Source: Octopus sinensis
Taxonomy: Eukaryota
NCBI RefSeq assembly: GCF_006345805.1
Contig: NW_021833970.1
Span: forward strand, 1-52,280
Direction: 5' to 3'
DNA: 52,280 bases
The position numbers and the translations under genes were made by a program. How positions within the stretch are numbered: the first letter of the stretch is position 1; each line of letters begins with the position of its first letter. Shown here piece by piece: positions 1 to 11,100 of the stretch. The notes below the pieces were generated by a model. That model did no database searches, was not told where the DNA came from, and worked only from the letters and a program-made list of their open reading frames with translations.

Positions 1-35
1 AAATGACACCAACGAGATTTCCTTCTATAGATTAA
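1..35 (+). CDS. Paralogue A exon 1, 3' end (5' part outside window)
   Basis: Frame from nt 2 reads NDTNEISFYRL, matching the exon-1 ends of C (NDTNEISFYK) and D. The family GTAAGT donor is altered; GT at 36-37 keeps phase 1. Confidence 0.75.
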   Translation, partial: MTPTRFPSID

Positions 36-62
36 GTGAAGCATTCTTCTTTTCTTCTTCTT

Positions 63-137
<75 letters not shown>

Positions 138-662
138 GAGTGAGAGAGCAGTTCATGCCATCAAAGTGACACTGGGGTAAAATATACGAAGCCCAATATA
201 CCCATCATGACTACCCATCTGATAAGGGTACACCAGGCACATGCATCACAACCATATGCGCGCGACATGGTGATATCATATCAAGATAAACAGCACATGA
301 CCTTGCAGGTGGGACCTAGTTAGAATTTTCTTCGGGTTGGGTAGCCCATCCCGCTCAAAAGGTCCCTGAATAAGGGTGTCTAAGGATGTTGAAAGAATCA
401 CCCATGTTTCCAGAGGTCAATTATTCAAACCCCAAAGAATCCCTCTCAACACATGGCTATGATGCTCCCCACTACTTCTGCTCGTGATCAGAGATGCACA
501 TATCGTCAGCCACTAAGGGACATGCTCAACTGGTTAAGTCAAACAACTGACAGCAAATCTGTGGTATTGAGCAGAATATTTGCTGTAGCCCATCTTTTAT
601 AACAAGACAAAACAATGTACTGATAACACTTCCAATCAGTTAAGATCAGAAGCCATGAGAGC
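138..662. mobile_element. Interspersed repeat flanked by (TTA)n, in intron 1 of A
   Basis: Reverse complement of 16097-16757; same position relative to the exon-1 donor in A and B. Confidence 0.75.
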
Positions 663-705
<43 letters not shown>

Positions 706-709
<4 letters not shown>

Positions 710-1229
710 TAGTTTTATTTTTTTTTATAGCGTGCTTTCACTTCACTAGCGAGCGCAGCTCTGTGTGCCTTGGGTATGTGCTGTGATTGTTGTGATGCTC
801 TGATGGTTATTGTATGGAAAGTGTTCTGCGTAGGATGTGTGCAGTGCCTAGTAGTGCAATTTTCTGTATGTTATATGTGTTTGTAAGTCCTGGTGTTTTG
901 TTATGTATTTGTCTGAATATTTTTTTATCATGCCTAATGCACCTACTATGATAGGAATTGTTTCTGTTTTCAGATTCCACATTCTAGTTACCTCTATTTC
1001 CAGGTCTTTGTATTTTGAGAGTTTCTCCATTTCTTTTAGAGACACGTTGTCATCTGCCGGTACTGATACATCAATTAGAAAGCATTTTTTTCTTCATGGT
1101 CTCTGACAACTATATCTGGTCTGTTGGCCTTAATTTCTCTATCTGTGTGTATCGGCATATCCCAGAGTATGGTTGCTTTCTCGTTTTCTGTGAACTTTTC
1201 TGGTGTGTGCCTATACCATCTTTTTTCTG

Positions 1230-1235
<6 letters not shown>
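706..1235 (-). mobile_element. Dong/R4-like LINE, 3' fragment (restriction-like endonuclease region)
   Basis: Encodes MSLKEMEKLSKYKDLEIEVTRMWNLKTETIPII, nearly identical to 40764-41198; (TAA)n on both sides. Confidence 0.85.
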
Positions 1236-1267
<32 letters not shown>

Positions 1268-1730
1268 GATTATTATTATTATTATCATTATCATTATTGC
1301 TGTTGTTGTTGTAGTTGTTGCTGTTGTTGTGTGTTGTTATTATTATTATTGTTATATCATTATTATTATTATTGTTGTCGTTTTTATTATTATTATTATT
1401 ATTATATTATTATATTATTATTATTACTAGGGTACTCGTTAAGCGATGTGTAGCTTAATAATCTATTTTTCTCTTGTATACCCAAAAGTAAATGAACGTA
1501 TCATAACCAGTTTTACAAGTGTGTGTGTGTGCGTTTATGTGTGTGCGTGCATGTGTGTGTGTATGCGTGTATGCGTGTATGCATGTATGTAATCTTTCTG
1601 TCGAACAACGTAGGCTCGAAACGTAAAAGACTTTTTTCTATTCCTGAGCGCTATACTAATATATTTGTTTGTTTCTACTCCACCTGCCTTCGTCTTTTGT
1701 TTATTTTCGTAAACTTTCCCTTTATGTATG

Positions 1731-2105
1731 TACTAGCAGTATCGTCCGGCGTTGCACGGTTTGTTTCGACCCTATGGAATTGGAATTTTTGAAAAGTAAA
1801 AATTTTCCATTATGTAGCTTGTTTATTCTCTTCAAGTGAACATTTTCTGGTTGAAATACACCGAAAAGTGGCGACACAGCAGTGAAAATCGTAAAAAATC
1901 GGGATTTTCATAGAAAAAAGCACCTTTTTGATGTAAATAATTTTTGGTGTTAACATGGTCCGATTTGAATTTTATCCTCTACGGAAGGAAAAGCACCCTT
2001 TTTCTATCATACTCTCAATTTTGGTCAACTTGTGCCGCAGGGTCTCGGAGGAGATAGTGTTAGTTGAAGGTTACCAAACCTGGCGCACACAGACAACTTC
2101 AGCTA
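1731..2105. mobile_element. Helitron-like non-autonomous repeat (tentative)
   Basis: Starts TACTAGCAGTATCGTCCGGCGTTGCACGG, resembling Lep1-type Helitron ends as I recall them; not verified. Confidence 0.35.
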
Positions 2106-3742
2106 TATATAGAGAGAGATAACACGCACACACATTAATACACACACACACACACACACACATGTATGTATGTATGGATGTGTGTATGTATATATGTACA
2201 TGAACCCAGGACCATGTGTTTGGAACGTAGTTTGTTACCACGCAACCACACCTGCCCCTATGTATGTGTGTGTGTGCGTATGTGCGTATTGGTAGATATA
2301 TTATGCATGTATATATATGTATATATATGTATACATATTACATGTACATCTATATATACATCTACACATAAAATACAAAATACAAAGTTATCTTGATGTC
2401 GCTAGTGATAACAACTCAAAATATATAACAGACTGGAATTGTAGGCCCGTCTCTTGCGATTTCGATCAATTGGATCTTGTTCTCCCTCTTGTATAGAAGT
2501 ATACGGCTGCAGCGAAATTCATTTGGACTTTCTTCTATCGAAGGCATTTTAACAAAAATGCTTCCGTAAAGACGGTGAAAATATTGTCAATTTTCCCAAA
2601 CAGGGACACAATTCAATTTTTAAACAATAACAAAGCCCCTTATCCGAAGGGGGAGGGTTACGGTTTACATTATTTAACAAATGCAACACAACAACGTTTC
2701 CCTGACGCGGAACCAACAAACGTGATTATAATAGTCAAACAGTAATAATAATAACAACAAACCTCTTTAATTTATCCCCATTTATGTGAAACCATTGATG
2801 CAATTTTATACGAATTGCTAGTACACACACACATAATAAGGGTGAAAAATTGAATATTATTTGATTAATATGAATTGAAAACCAGTGATATAGCATATAA
2901 GACCATAGCGGATCTTCCTCTAGCAAAAGGATGACCAGTATTATGGTCTCATCCCTGTTATATAAATACTTGCACTTTAATTATTACACACTTGCAAAGA
3001 CCAAGTAGGAAAAGTGTGGTGGTAATGGAAGGAGTGAAGCACTTGAAATGAGAGAGGAAATCGTAAAATATTGAGTTTTCTCGAATTTTTGCTTAATTGG
3101 GCGTGAAATTGAAAAAAACTTTACATGCATGACCCAATGGAATCTACTTCGAAAAATCATAGGTAAATTCCAATTGAAGAAATTCTATATTGCACAATTG
3201 TATTAAAAACAAACTATTTGGGGCAGAGAAAATCTGCCTTTTATCATGAGATTATACAATTTTATTAAATATTTTATACACAGAGGAAAAATTCATGACA
3301 AAAATCGAATAATCGATTATAAGTAATAACCAGCCTCTCCTGTTGATGAAACCTGGATGCTTCTCTTCTCTGGCCAGCAATATCAATATTCGTAACGGAC
3401 TTTTCATAGTTACAAAACTAAGAAAATGTATGTTTAAGTAATGACTTCAAATTTATCAAAATAACGGCGTGGTACATTGACGGAGTTTTATCATTTTGAA
3501 ATACCACTATATATTCTGCTTCGTTCCATTAATATAGTATGGATTCTAATGAGCAAATCTTTATTAAAACATAGAGGTAAAAATAAATTTAAATGTTGGG
3601 TTGTCCGGAAAGTTCGTGCCGATTTTTAAAGGAAAGAAAAAGGTCAATAAATACTTGACTTAACATTTTTAATCAACCAAATATGAACCATTTTGTTGCA
3701 GAATGCGTCTCCATCTTCCTTTCACTTGAAAATTCATACATA

Positions 3743-4243
3743 CATACATACATACACACTTACATACATACATGCATGCATGCATACATGCAAGCATACA
3801 TAGATACATACATACATACACACATACATGCATGCATGCATGCATACATACATACATAAATACTTACATACATACATACATGAATAAATACATACAAACA
3901 TACATACATACATAAATTCATACATAAATTCATACATACATACATACATATATACATAACTACATACATACATACATACATACATACGTACATACGTACA
4001 TACATAAATACATACATACATACAAAAATACATACATACAAACATGCAAACATGCATACATACATACATACACACACATGCATATATGCATACATACATA
4101 CATACATTCATACATACATACGTAAATACATACATACAAACATGCATGCATGCATACATACATACACACATACATGCATACACATATACATACATACATA
4201 CATACATACATACATACATACATACATACATACATACATACAT
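3743..4243. repeat. (CATA)n microsatellite interrupting a mariner-like fragment (~3595-4310)
   Basis: Long degenerate CATA array. The left flank GGGTTGTCCGGAAAGTTC resembles a mariner terminus (tentative). Confidence 0.8.
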
Positions 4244-4378
4244 GCAAATAAAAATACCCTGTTGTTGATCTTGAAATTCCAATGAAGGAACTTGGAGGTA
4301 GGTTAGAAACCGATTATTTCTCTATGGGCAAGAAATCTTGATATAAACTGAATAATGACATACATATGAGACTCTTTG

Positions 4379-4409
<31 letters not shown>

Positions 4410-4994
4410 TTGTGGTGTGGTGTGAGCGAGCATGAGTGCGTGTATGTCTACAGTGATAGATCCGAGTGTTTCATTTATTCACAATTTGATTTATTAATTT
4501 CACCGGACTATGAATACCTATAATGGTGCCTACGCAGTCGTCCACACTCATCACTGCCCTTATCAGTGGTTACAGGGAAATGATTGCGGAGTCCCTTTTT
4601 GCCTTCTGCTTTTCCTTGTCCTTTTTTGTATTTCTTCCTTTGTTTTGCCGTTTTTTTCTCGGCTTTCAATACTCCCTCAGTCATAACTGCCACTAGCAAG
4701 CTTTCCTCGCTTTAGCATATCTGTCTCATCAAGTTCCCGAGTTCGATACCTACGCAGTCTTCCACACTTATCAGTACCCTTCCTCCATTTGCCCTCTTCG
4801 TGTAGAGACGATCAGTGTCTGCACGTGGATGATGGCCTCCATGCATCATTAGACGCTTCCTTGTCTTCCTGTCCAACTCTTATCTCTCCTCCTCTGTTCA
4901 GTGAAGGATCCCAGCGCCATACCGAACTACTGCGGCTGCGCATAAGTTCATGGCCGAAATTATGTTCCAGGTATTCAGCTTTGAAGCCAATACT

Positions 4995-5032
4995 ATTACT
5001 ACTGCTGCTGCTATTACTACTACTACTACTAT

Positions 5033-5095
<63 letters not shown>

Positions 5096-5133
5096 ACCTG
5101 CTCCTACCACTACTACTACTACTGCTGCTGTTG

Positions 5134-5195
<62 letters not shown>

Positions 5196-5365
5196 GCTAC
5201 TACTACTGCTACTGCTGCTGCTACTACTACTGCTACTACTGCTGCTGCTGCTACTGCTGCTACTGCAGATGCTACTACAACTACTACTACTGCTATTACT
5301 ACTACTACTACTACTACTACTACTGCTGCTACTACAACTACTACTACTACTACTACTACTACTAT
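4995..5365. repeat. (ACT)n/(GCT)n microsatellite abutting the A exon-2 acceptor
   Basis: Seen directly. Confidence 0.95.
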
Positions 5366-5379
5366 GATTATTATTTCAG

Positions 5380-5558
5380 ACAGCCAATGGATTAAAGCAT
5401 ATGCGATATCAATGAATGCTGGTTCGAGAGTCTATGAGTCATACATGAATATAGGAAATACTTCATCCTGGAAAGTGGACAAATGCAATGGTACCTTCTG
5501 TCCTAACTTCTTCCGACATCCCTTCCTTGATTTCTGGGAACATCTTCCAATTGATGAG
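5380..5558 (+). CDS. Paralogue A exon 2
   Basis: tttcag|...GAG|gtacgt, 179 bp, phase 1/0. Encodes SQWIKAYAISMNAGSRVYESYMNIGNTSSWKVDKCNGTFCPNFFRHPFLDFWEHLPIDE; 44/59 identical to C exon 2. Confidence 0.9.
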
Positions 5559-5611
5559 GTACGTAGCCGTATGCATACACATACACTAATATACATATAA
5601 TAATAGTAATA

Positions 5612-5883
5612 ATCGTGACGTATATTTGCCATTTAGATATGGCTAACCCCTAAGGGTGGATGCTACTGAAGTTTGTAGCCCCAGGAGGACACCTCCCAGA
5701 AACTCGAGTCCGTGTGTATCATAAGTTGAAGACGGGAAGGATGGCTTCCCTTTGCAAATACTGATAGGGCACAGAAAATGTGTCTATAGCCAGCGGAAGG
5801 AGGTGTCCTCCTGGGGCTACAAACTACAGTAGCATCCACCCTTAGGGGTTAGCCATATTTAAATGGCAAATATACATCACGAT
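5612..5883. mobile_element. Palindromic (foldback) repeat, ~86-bp arms
   Basis: ATCGTGACGTATATTTGCCATTT...AAATGGCAAATATACATCACGAT; same family as 13716-13978 and ~11605-11775. Confidence 0.8.
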
Positions 5884-7498
5884 GTGTCGTAGCTACCGTT
5901 TATAACACGCTCTAAGATTTATTATTAATAGTAATAATGATTAACAGATATTTAGATCAATTCAATTGTTTGTTACATTTTTGACCTACAAAAATGATTT
6001 ATGAGGAAGGCGAAACAGTGTTGAATAAAATTCTATCCGCGGAAAACCGCAGTAATAAGAAAAGATTATCATAGATTAAAGAATCTCCTTTTGGGGTTTG
6101 ATGAGTAAATGGGAAACAAAATCGATGAAATCAGTTTACGATTCATGACTGGTAAAAGTTTTATTGAGCTCGGCAGAAAGTAAAGCATGTGGACCTCGGT
6201 GGTACTTGGATTCAAAGCTGAATTAGTTTGTCATTCTTCTTGTGAGATGGCAAGATTGAGTAACAAACAAAACCTTGTTGGAACAGACGAATCAGGGACC
6301 TGTCAGAGCCCAGATCAAGAGCAGCCATGGATCATGGCTAGTTCAAAATTGAAATTTATTTCGTCACTGTATTTATTGCGGAGATGTGTCAATTCATAGA
6401 ATGTTTTACTCTAGATATTTCGTGTTTTCATCCACAATGGAGACGAACACCCTCCTTCCAGGTAATCGGCTTGGAAAATTGTTGACATATTAAGACATTC
6501 GCCCCTAAATGAAACTAATAATAGCCTTAATACACAAAGGGAGAAATTTTAATCAACAATGCGGTTTTGAGCGAAATACATGACCTCAGCCTGAGGTTAG
6601 CTCATCATTTTTCGGTCATTTATTTATATTCAAAAATTGCCGCTTTAAAATCGGAGATTAAATATCATTATGATATATATTATATAGAGTTATTGTACAG
6701 TTATTATACTATGAGCCTTCCATAGTAGCTTTCTCTCCGTAACTCGCAAAGCCTTTCGGGTTTACTCTTTTACTCTTTTGCATTGGTTGTCAAGAAATGC
6801 TAGGGGAACAAACACAGACATACAACCACAAACACACACACACACATATATATACATATTTACGACGGGCTTCTTTCAGTTTCCGTCTACCAAATCCAGT
6901 CACAAGGCTTTGGTCGGCCCGAGGCTATAGTAGAAGACACTTGCCCAAGATGCCACGCAGTGGGACCGAACCCGGAACCATGTGGTTGGTAAGCAAGCTA
7001 CTTACCACACAGCCACTCCTGAGCCTATATTCCTGGTATCATTACAGTAAAATCCGTAATATCCATGTACACCAGGTGAAACTTTGTTTACGTCACATAT
7101 ATGACATATATATACATATACATCTGTGTGCGTGAAAAACGTATATATATATATATATATAAATATATATTATATATATATATATTATATATATATATAT
7201 TATGTGGGGGGGGGTGTAATAGAGCTAAAAACGGATGGATTATTTGGGTATAACGACACACGTTTCCTTTCCAGAATATTGTTATTATAAACACATTATG
7301 TCATGCAACATGGAATGGAATAGCTTTGAGATCGTATGTAATACTATGAAATAAGTTTGAATAACATTACCAATTCTGTAGGTCATACTGTATTAGAGGT
7401 TAATTAGCGATGTATACCACATAGTATCATGGTAATATAGGAATTTTTCAAGTGAAGGGGTATCAAATATGTTATTTGATTCATTTAGAGATATTAAT

Positions 7499-8495
7499 CG
7501 TCTGGAAGCCGTTCAGCGACGTGCAACCGAGAGAATACCCTCCATCAGGCATTTGCCATATTCTGAACGCCTTACTTCCCTGGGCATGGACACATTGAAA
7601 CTCCAACGTCTGGCAGCTGACTTGGCAGACACCCATAAAATTATTACCCATCTTACTAACAATAACTCTGAGCACCCTTTCAAACTCTACCTGTCTAACA
7701 CCCGTGGACATTTCATTTCATTTCATTTGAGTTTGAGACCATGCTCAGGCCAAGTCGAAGACTCCACCCTCAGAGTCTGGTGTGGTTGCCAGGTTGTATT
7801 CTCTGTTTAATTTTGACATGTGTAGGAGCGAGTTTGAGTCAGTTTGTGCTCGTTGTGTATATCCTGGGAGATGGGGTTCATCTCTAATGGTGCTTAAGTA
7901 TCTATCCAGCTGCAATTTGAATGATTCCACACTGCATCCTAATAGATTTATGATATGTACTGGAATGGAGTTGAATAGTTGTGCTCCTCGAACCAACAGA
8001 CTTGATTCTCGCAGGGTTTTTGCTGCCTGGCCAGCCTTTTTGTTGATTGGTGGTAGCTGGCAGCGTCTTCCGAGGCGCAGTGAGTGGTAGGTTTTGATAC
8101 CAAAGTTTGGCACATTTTGCTCTATCATTTTCCAAATGTATATAATTCGGTATCGCTCAAATCTTCTTTCTATTGAGTACATCCTCAAGGTTTTGAGTCT
8201 TTGCCAATAGTCCAGGTCCTTCGTTTCTGAGAAGTATGAGGTAAAATTTCTTTGGAGCGATTCCATCTTAGATAGTTGGCCCTTTGTTGTTGGTGACCAC
8301 AACTGAGAACAGTAGTCAATCCTCGGAAGTATCATACTGTTCCAGAGGGTTTTCATTGTTGAGGTATCTCTTGATTTGAAGGTGCGCAAGATCCACCCGC
8401 TGACATATTTACAAAGTCAGAATATAGCACAGCTCCCATGAATTTCGGAAACATTTTTTCACGCTGACAGTTGCTGAAGCATGGAACAGACTGTG
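7499..8495. mobile_element. CR1-like LINE fragment (+) interrupted by a second CR1-like LINE 3' fragment (-, ~7714-8400)
   Basis: Outer element: INRLEAVQRRATERIPSIRHLPYSERL...NTRGH, resuming at ~8400 (KHFFTLTVAEAWNRL). Inner element: ILPRIDYCSQLWSP...ESLQRNFT with a (TGAAA)n tail. Confidence 0.85.
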
Positions 8496-8740
8496 TGTGT
8501 GTGCGTTTGTGTATGTGAGTGCGTTTGTGTGTGCGTGCGTGTGGGTGTGTGTATATTTGCGCGTGTGTGTGTGTTTGTGTGAGTGAGTTTGTGTGTCTGT
8601 GTATTTGCGTGTGCGTGTGTGTGTGTGTTTGTGTGAGTTTGTGTGTGTATGTGTGTGTGTGTTTGCGTGTGTGTGTGTGAGTGTGTGTGTGTGTACCCGT
8701 GTGTGTATGTGTGTGTGCTACATGCTCATTTCTTTTGCAG

Positions 8741-8895
8741 GTAAAACTGGTAATCTATAAAAACGGAACCGATTCGAAAACAATCATATTTGATGGACGA
8801 AATACAACCCTTAAAACCTGGTTCTCTCACGAAAACTTGAAAAGTTCACCATGGGACGACCTAGCTTCCGACCCCAGACCTAAGTTTTTAATGGA
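8741..8895 (+). CDS. Paralogue A exon 3
   Basis: ttttgcag|GTA...ATG GA|gtgagt, 155 bp, phase 0/2. Encodes VKLVIYKNGTDSKTIIFDGRNTTLKTWFSHENLKSSPWDDLASDPRPKFLM; homologous to B and C exon 3. Confidence 0.9.
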
Positions 8896-9226
8896 GTGAG
8901 TATAGTATATCTATATATCTTTTATGCTTGTTTCTTTTTCTTCATTACGTAGAGACTTATCATGTTACAAAACATATAACTTTCGTAGGCAACAGATATA
9001 AAGTTTAACCTATACATTTAGACGCTAAACTTTCTGGAGACGAACAACATATGCCCAGGCCTTCAACAGTATATCTTCATTTGTTATGATATACAGAATG
9101 CTAATTTGAACTAATACTGCTGCCGTCTGTAAAGATGAAATATATCCAGGCATTCGGCTAACTACAGCACCGCTGATTTGCTAAAAGCAACAGAAATAGG
9201 GATTTAGCTATTCCACCGCCGCTGCT

Positions 9227-9530
9227 GTGGAGGCACATGGCCTAGTGGTTAGAGCAGCGGACTCGCGGTCGAGGGGTCGCGGGTTCGAATCTCAGACCGG
9301 GTGATGAGTGTGTTTATGAGCGAAACACCTAAGCTCTACGCAGCTCCGACAGAAGGTAATGGTGAAACTTCTGATGATTCTTTCGCCACAACTTCCTCTC
9401 ACTCTTTCCTTCTACATCTTACAGCTCACCTGCGACGGATAGGCGTCCCGTCCAGGTGGGGAACTATATGCTAAGGAAACCAGGAAACCGGCCCTTATGA
9501 GCCAGGTATGGCTTGAGAAGGAACAACCAG
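9227..9530 (+). mobile_element. tRNA-derived SINE
   Basis: A-box TGGCCTAGTGG and B-box GGTTCGAATC followed by a non-tRNA body; related copy at ~11295-11600. Confidence 0.8.
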
Positions 9531-9702
9531 CCGCCGCTGCAAGAGGCTATTGCTCTATTAATGGTACAATTTCTGTATTTTCAACACTACACGACCAAAT
9601 GGAATGCTTTCTCGTGACGAACCGCACAGTTTCCTGAATTTCACATTAAGTAGCATATTTTAAAGTGGGAAGCACGAAAATGTATTTTTCACCTTAAAAT
9701 GT

Positions 9703-9878
9703 ACACTCTTTTATTCTTTTACTCGTTTCAGTCATTTGACAGCGGCCATGCTGGAGCAGTTTTAGTCGAGCAAATCGACCCCATGATTTATTCTTTGTAA
9801 GCCTAGTACTTATTCTATCGGTCTCTTATGCCGAAGTAAACACACCAGCATCGGGGGGGGGACAAACACAGACACACA

Positions 9879-9900
<22 letters not shown>
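9703..9900 (-). mobile_element. 3' half of an abundant SINE-like repeat
   Basis: Reverse complement of ~10125-10350, 42580-42780 and 45810-45990. Confidence 0.8.
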
Positions 9901-9918
<18 letters not shown>

Positions 9919-9928
9919 ACACACACAC

Positions 9929-9966
<38 letters not shown>

Positions 9967-10014
9967 TTAATCTAAACATAAAAGCACAAAAAAACACAAC
10001 GCGACATATATTTA

Positions 10015-10100
10015 CTTGGGCAAGTGTCTTCTACTATAGCCTCGGGCTGACCAAAGCCTTCTGAGTGGATTTGGTAGACGGAAACTGAAAGAAACCCGTC

Positions 10101-10132
<32 letters not shown>

Positions 10133-10350
10133 CTGTATGTTTGTCTGTGTTTGTCCCCCCAACATCGCTTGACAAAAGATGCTGGTGTGTTTACGTTCCC
10201 GTAACTTAGCGGTTCGGCAAAAGAGACAGATAGAATAAGTACTAGGCTTACAAAGAATAAGTTCTGGGGTTGATTTGCTTGACTAAAGGTGGTGCTCCAG
10301 CATCGCCGCAGTCAAAATAACTGAAACAAGTAAAAGAGTAAAAGAGTAAA
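10015..10350 (+). mobile_element. Abundant SINE-like repeat with internal (TG)n
   Basis: Core GGGCAAGTGTCTTCTACTATAGCC...GGAAACTGAAAG; other copies at ~6830-7020, 31680-32100, 42365-42780 and 45610-45990. Confidence 0.8.
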
Positions 10351-10401
10351 CGTTTAGGCTTTCATATTCTGAAACCCATCCAACTTTTATTAACTCCACA
10401 G

Positions 10402-10562
10402 CAACAATCGTCCCTTCGTTTTATCAAAACCGGGTAATTGTAACACGATGAGTGGCTGGTTCATTGTTGATGCCCGTCCGCCAATTTGTTCGTTTGGTTA
10501 CAAAGATCATTCTCCTTCAATCCGTTATTCTGATAAAAAATTGAAAGTCGTCTGGAAGAAAG
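10402..10562 (+). CDS. Paralogue A exon 4
   Basis: ctccacag|C...AAA G|gtaagt, 161 bp, phase 2/1. Encodes NNRPFVLSKPGNCNTMSGWFIVDARPPICSFGYKDHSPSIRYSDKKLKVVWKK; same length and phase as B and C exon 4. Confidence 0.85.
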
Positions 10563-10596
10563 GTAAGTGATATTTTTATTTTGTGTGTGTGAGAGT

Positions 10597-10644
<48 letters not shown>

Positions 10645-10837
10645 GTGTGTGCGCACGTGCGCGTGTATATGTTTGTGTATATGCGTATTTATGTGTGTGA
10701 GCCTTGATTCAACTGATTTATTATTAAAAGCGTTCCGACCATGACCCTCCTGTATGTTTCAGGCGTGAACGCGTACGAAGACCTTCCATGATTTATTTCC
10801 ATTCTTTGGTTATTGATGTTGTTATTGTTACTTGCAG

Positions 10838-10887
10838 GTTATGCATTAGCAGACTCCATGGCCATATTCATCCGCCTGAGGGAGTAG
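10838..10887 (+). CDS. Paralogue A exon 5 (terminal)
   Basis: cttgcag|GT TAT...GAG TAG, 50 bp. Encodes (G)YALADSMAIFIRLRE*; matches C exon 5. Confidence 0.85.
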
Positions 10888-10925
10888 AATTTATCCAGCA
10901 CATGATACTATTGTTGTTGTTCACG

Positions 10926-11100
10926 TCCATCCAATCCTGCTGACCACCACTAGTGATCCCAGTAGGTCAAGTATTAACTGTTAATAAAGAATCCATATAA
11001 ATATTCTAAGTTGTTATCCTCCATCCAATCCTGCTGACCACCACTAGTGATCCCAGTAGGTCAAGTATTACCTGTTAATAAAGAATCCATATAAATATTC
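10926..11100 (+). terminator. Tandemly duplicated ~81-bp unit carrying AATAAA (10983, 11077): candidate poly(A) signals of A
   Basis: Two near-identical units 94 bp apart, starting ~40 bp after the A stop codon. Confidence 0.5.

Noticed and set aside
3669-4285. Several MYVC/HTYI-rich ORFs (and the poly-I/L/N/T ORFs at 1124-1453, 4789-5367, 15573-16250, 27300-28435, 36203-37480, 41220-42124)
   Set aside because: They are translations of microsatellites, which lack stops in some frames; no splice or homology support.
9229-9302. tRNA-like sequence with A and B boxes
   Set aside because: The acceptor stem does not close, and it continues into a repeat body with a second copy at ~11295; it is a SINE head.
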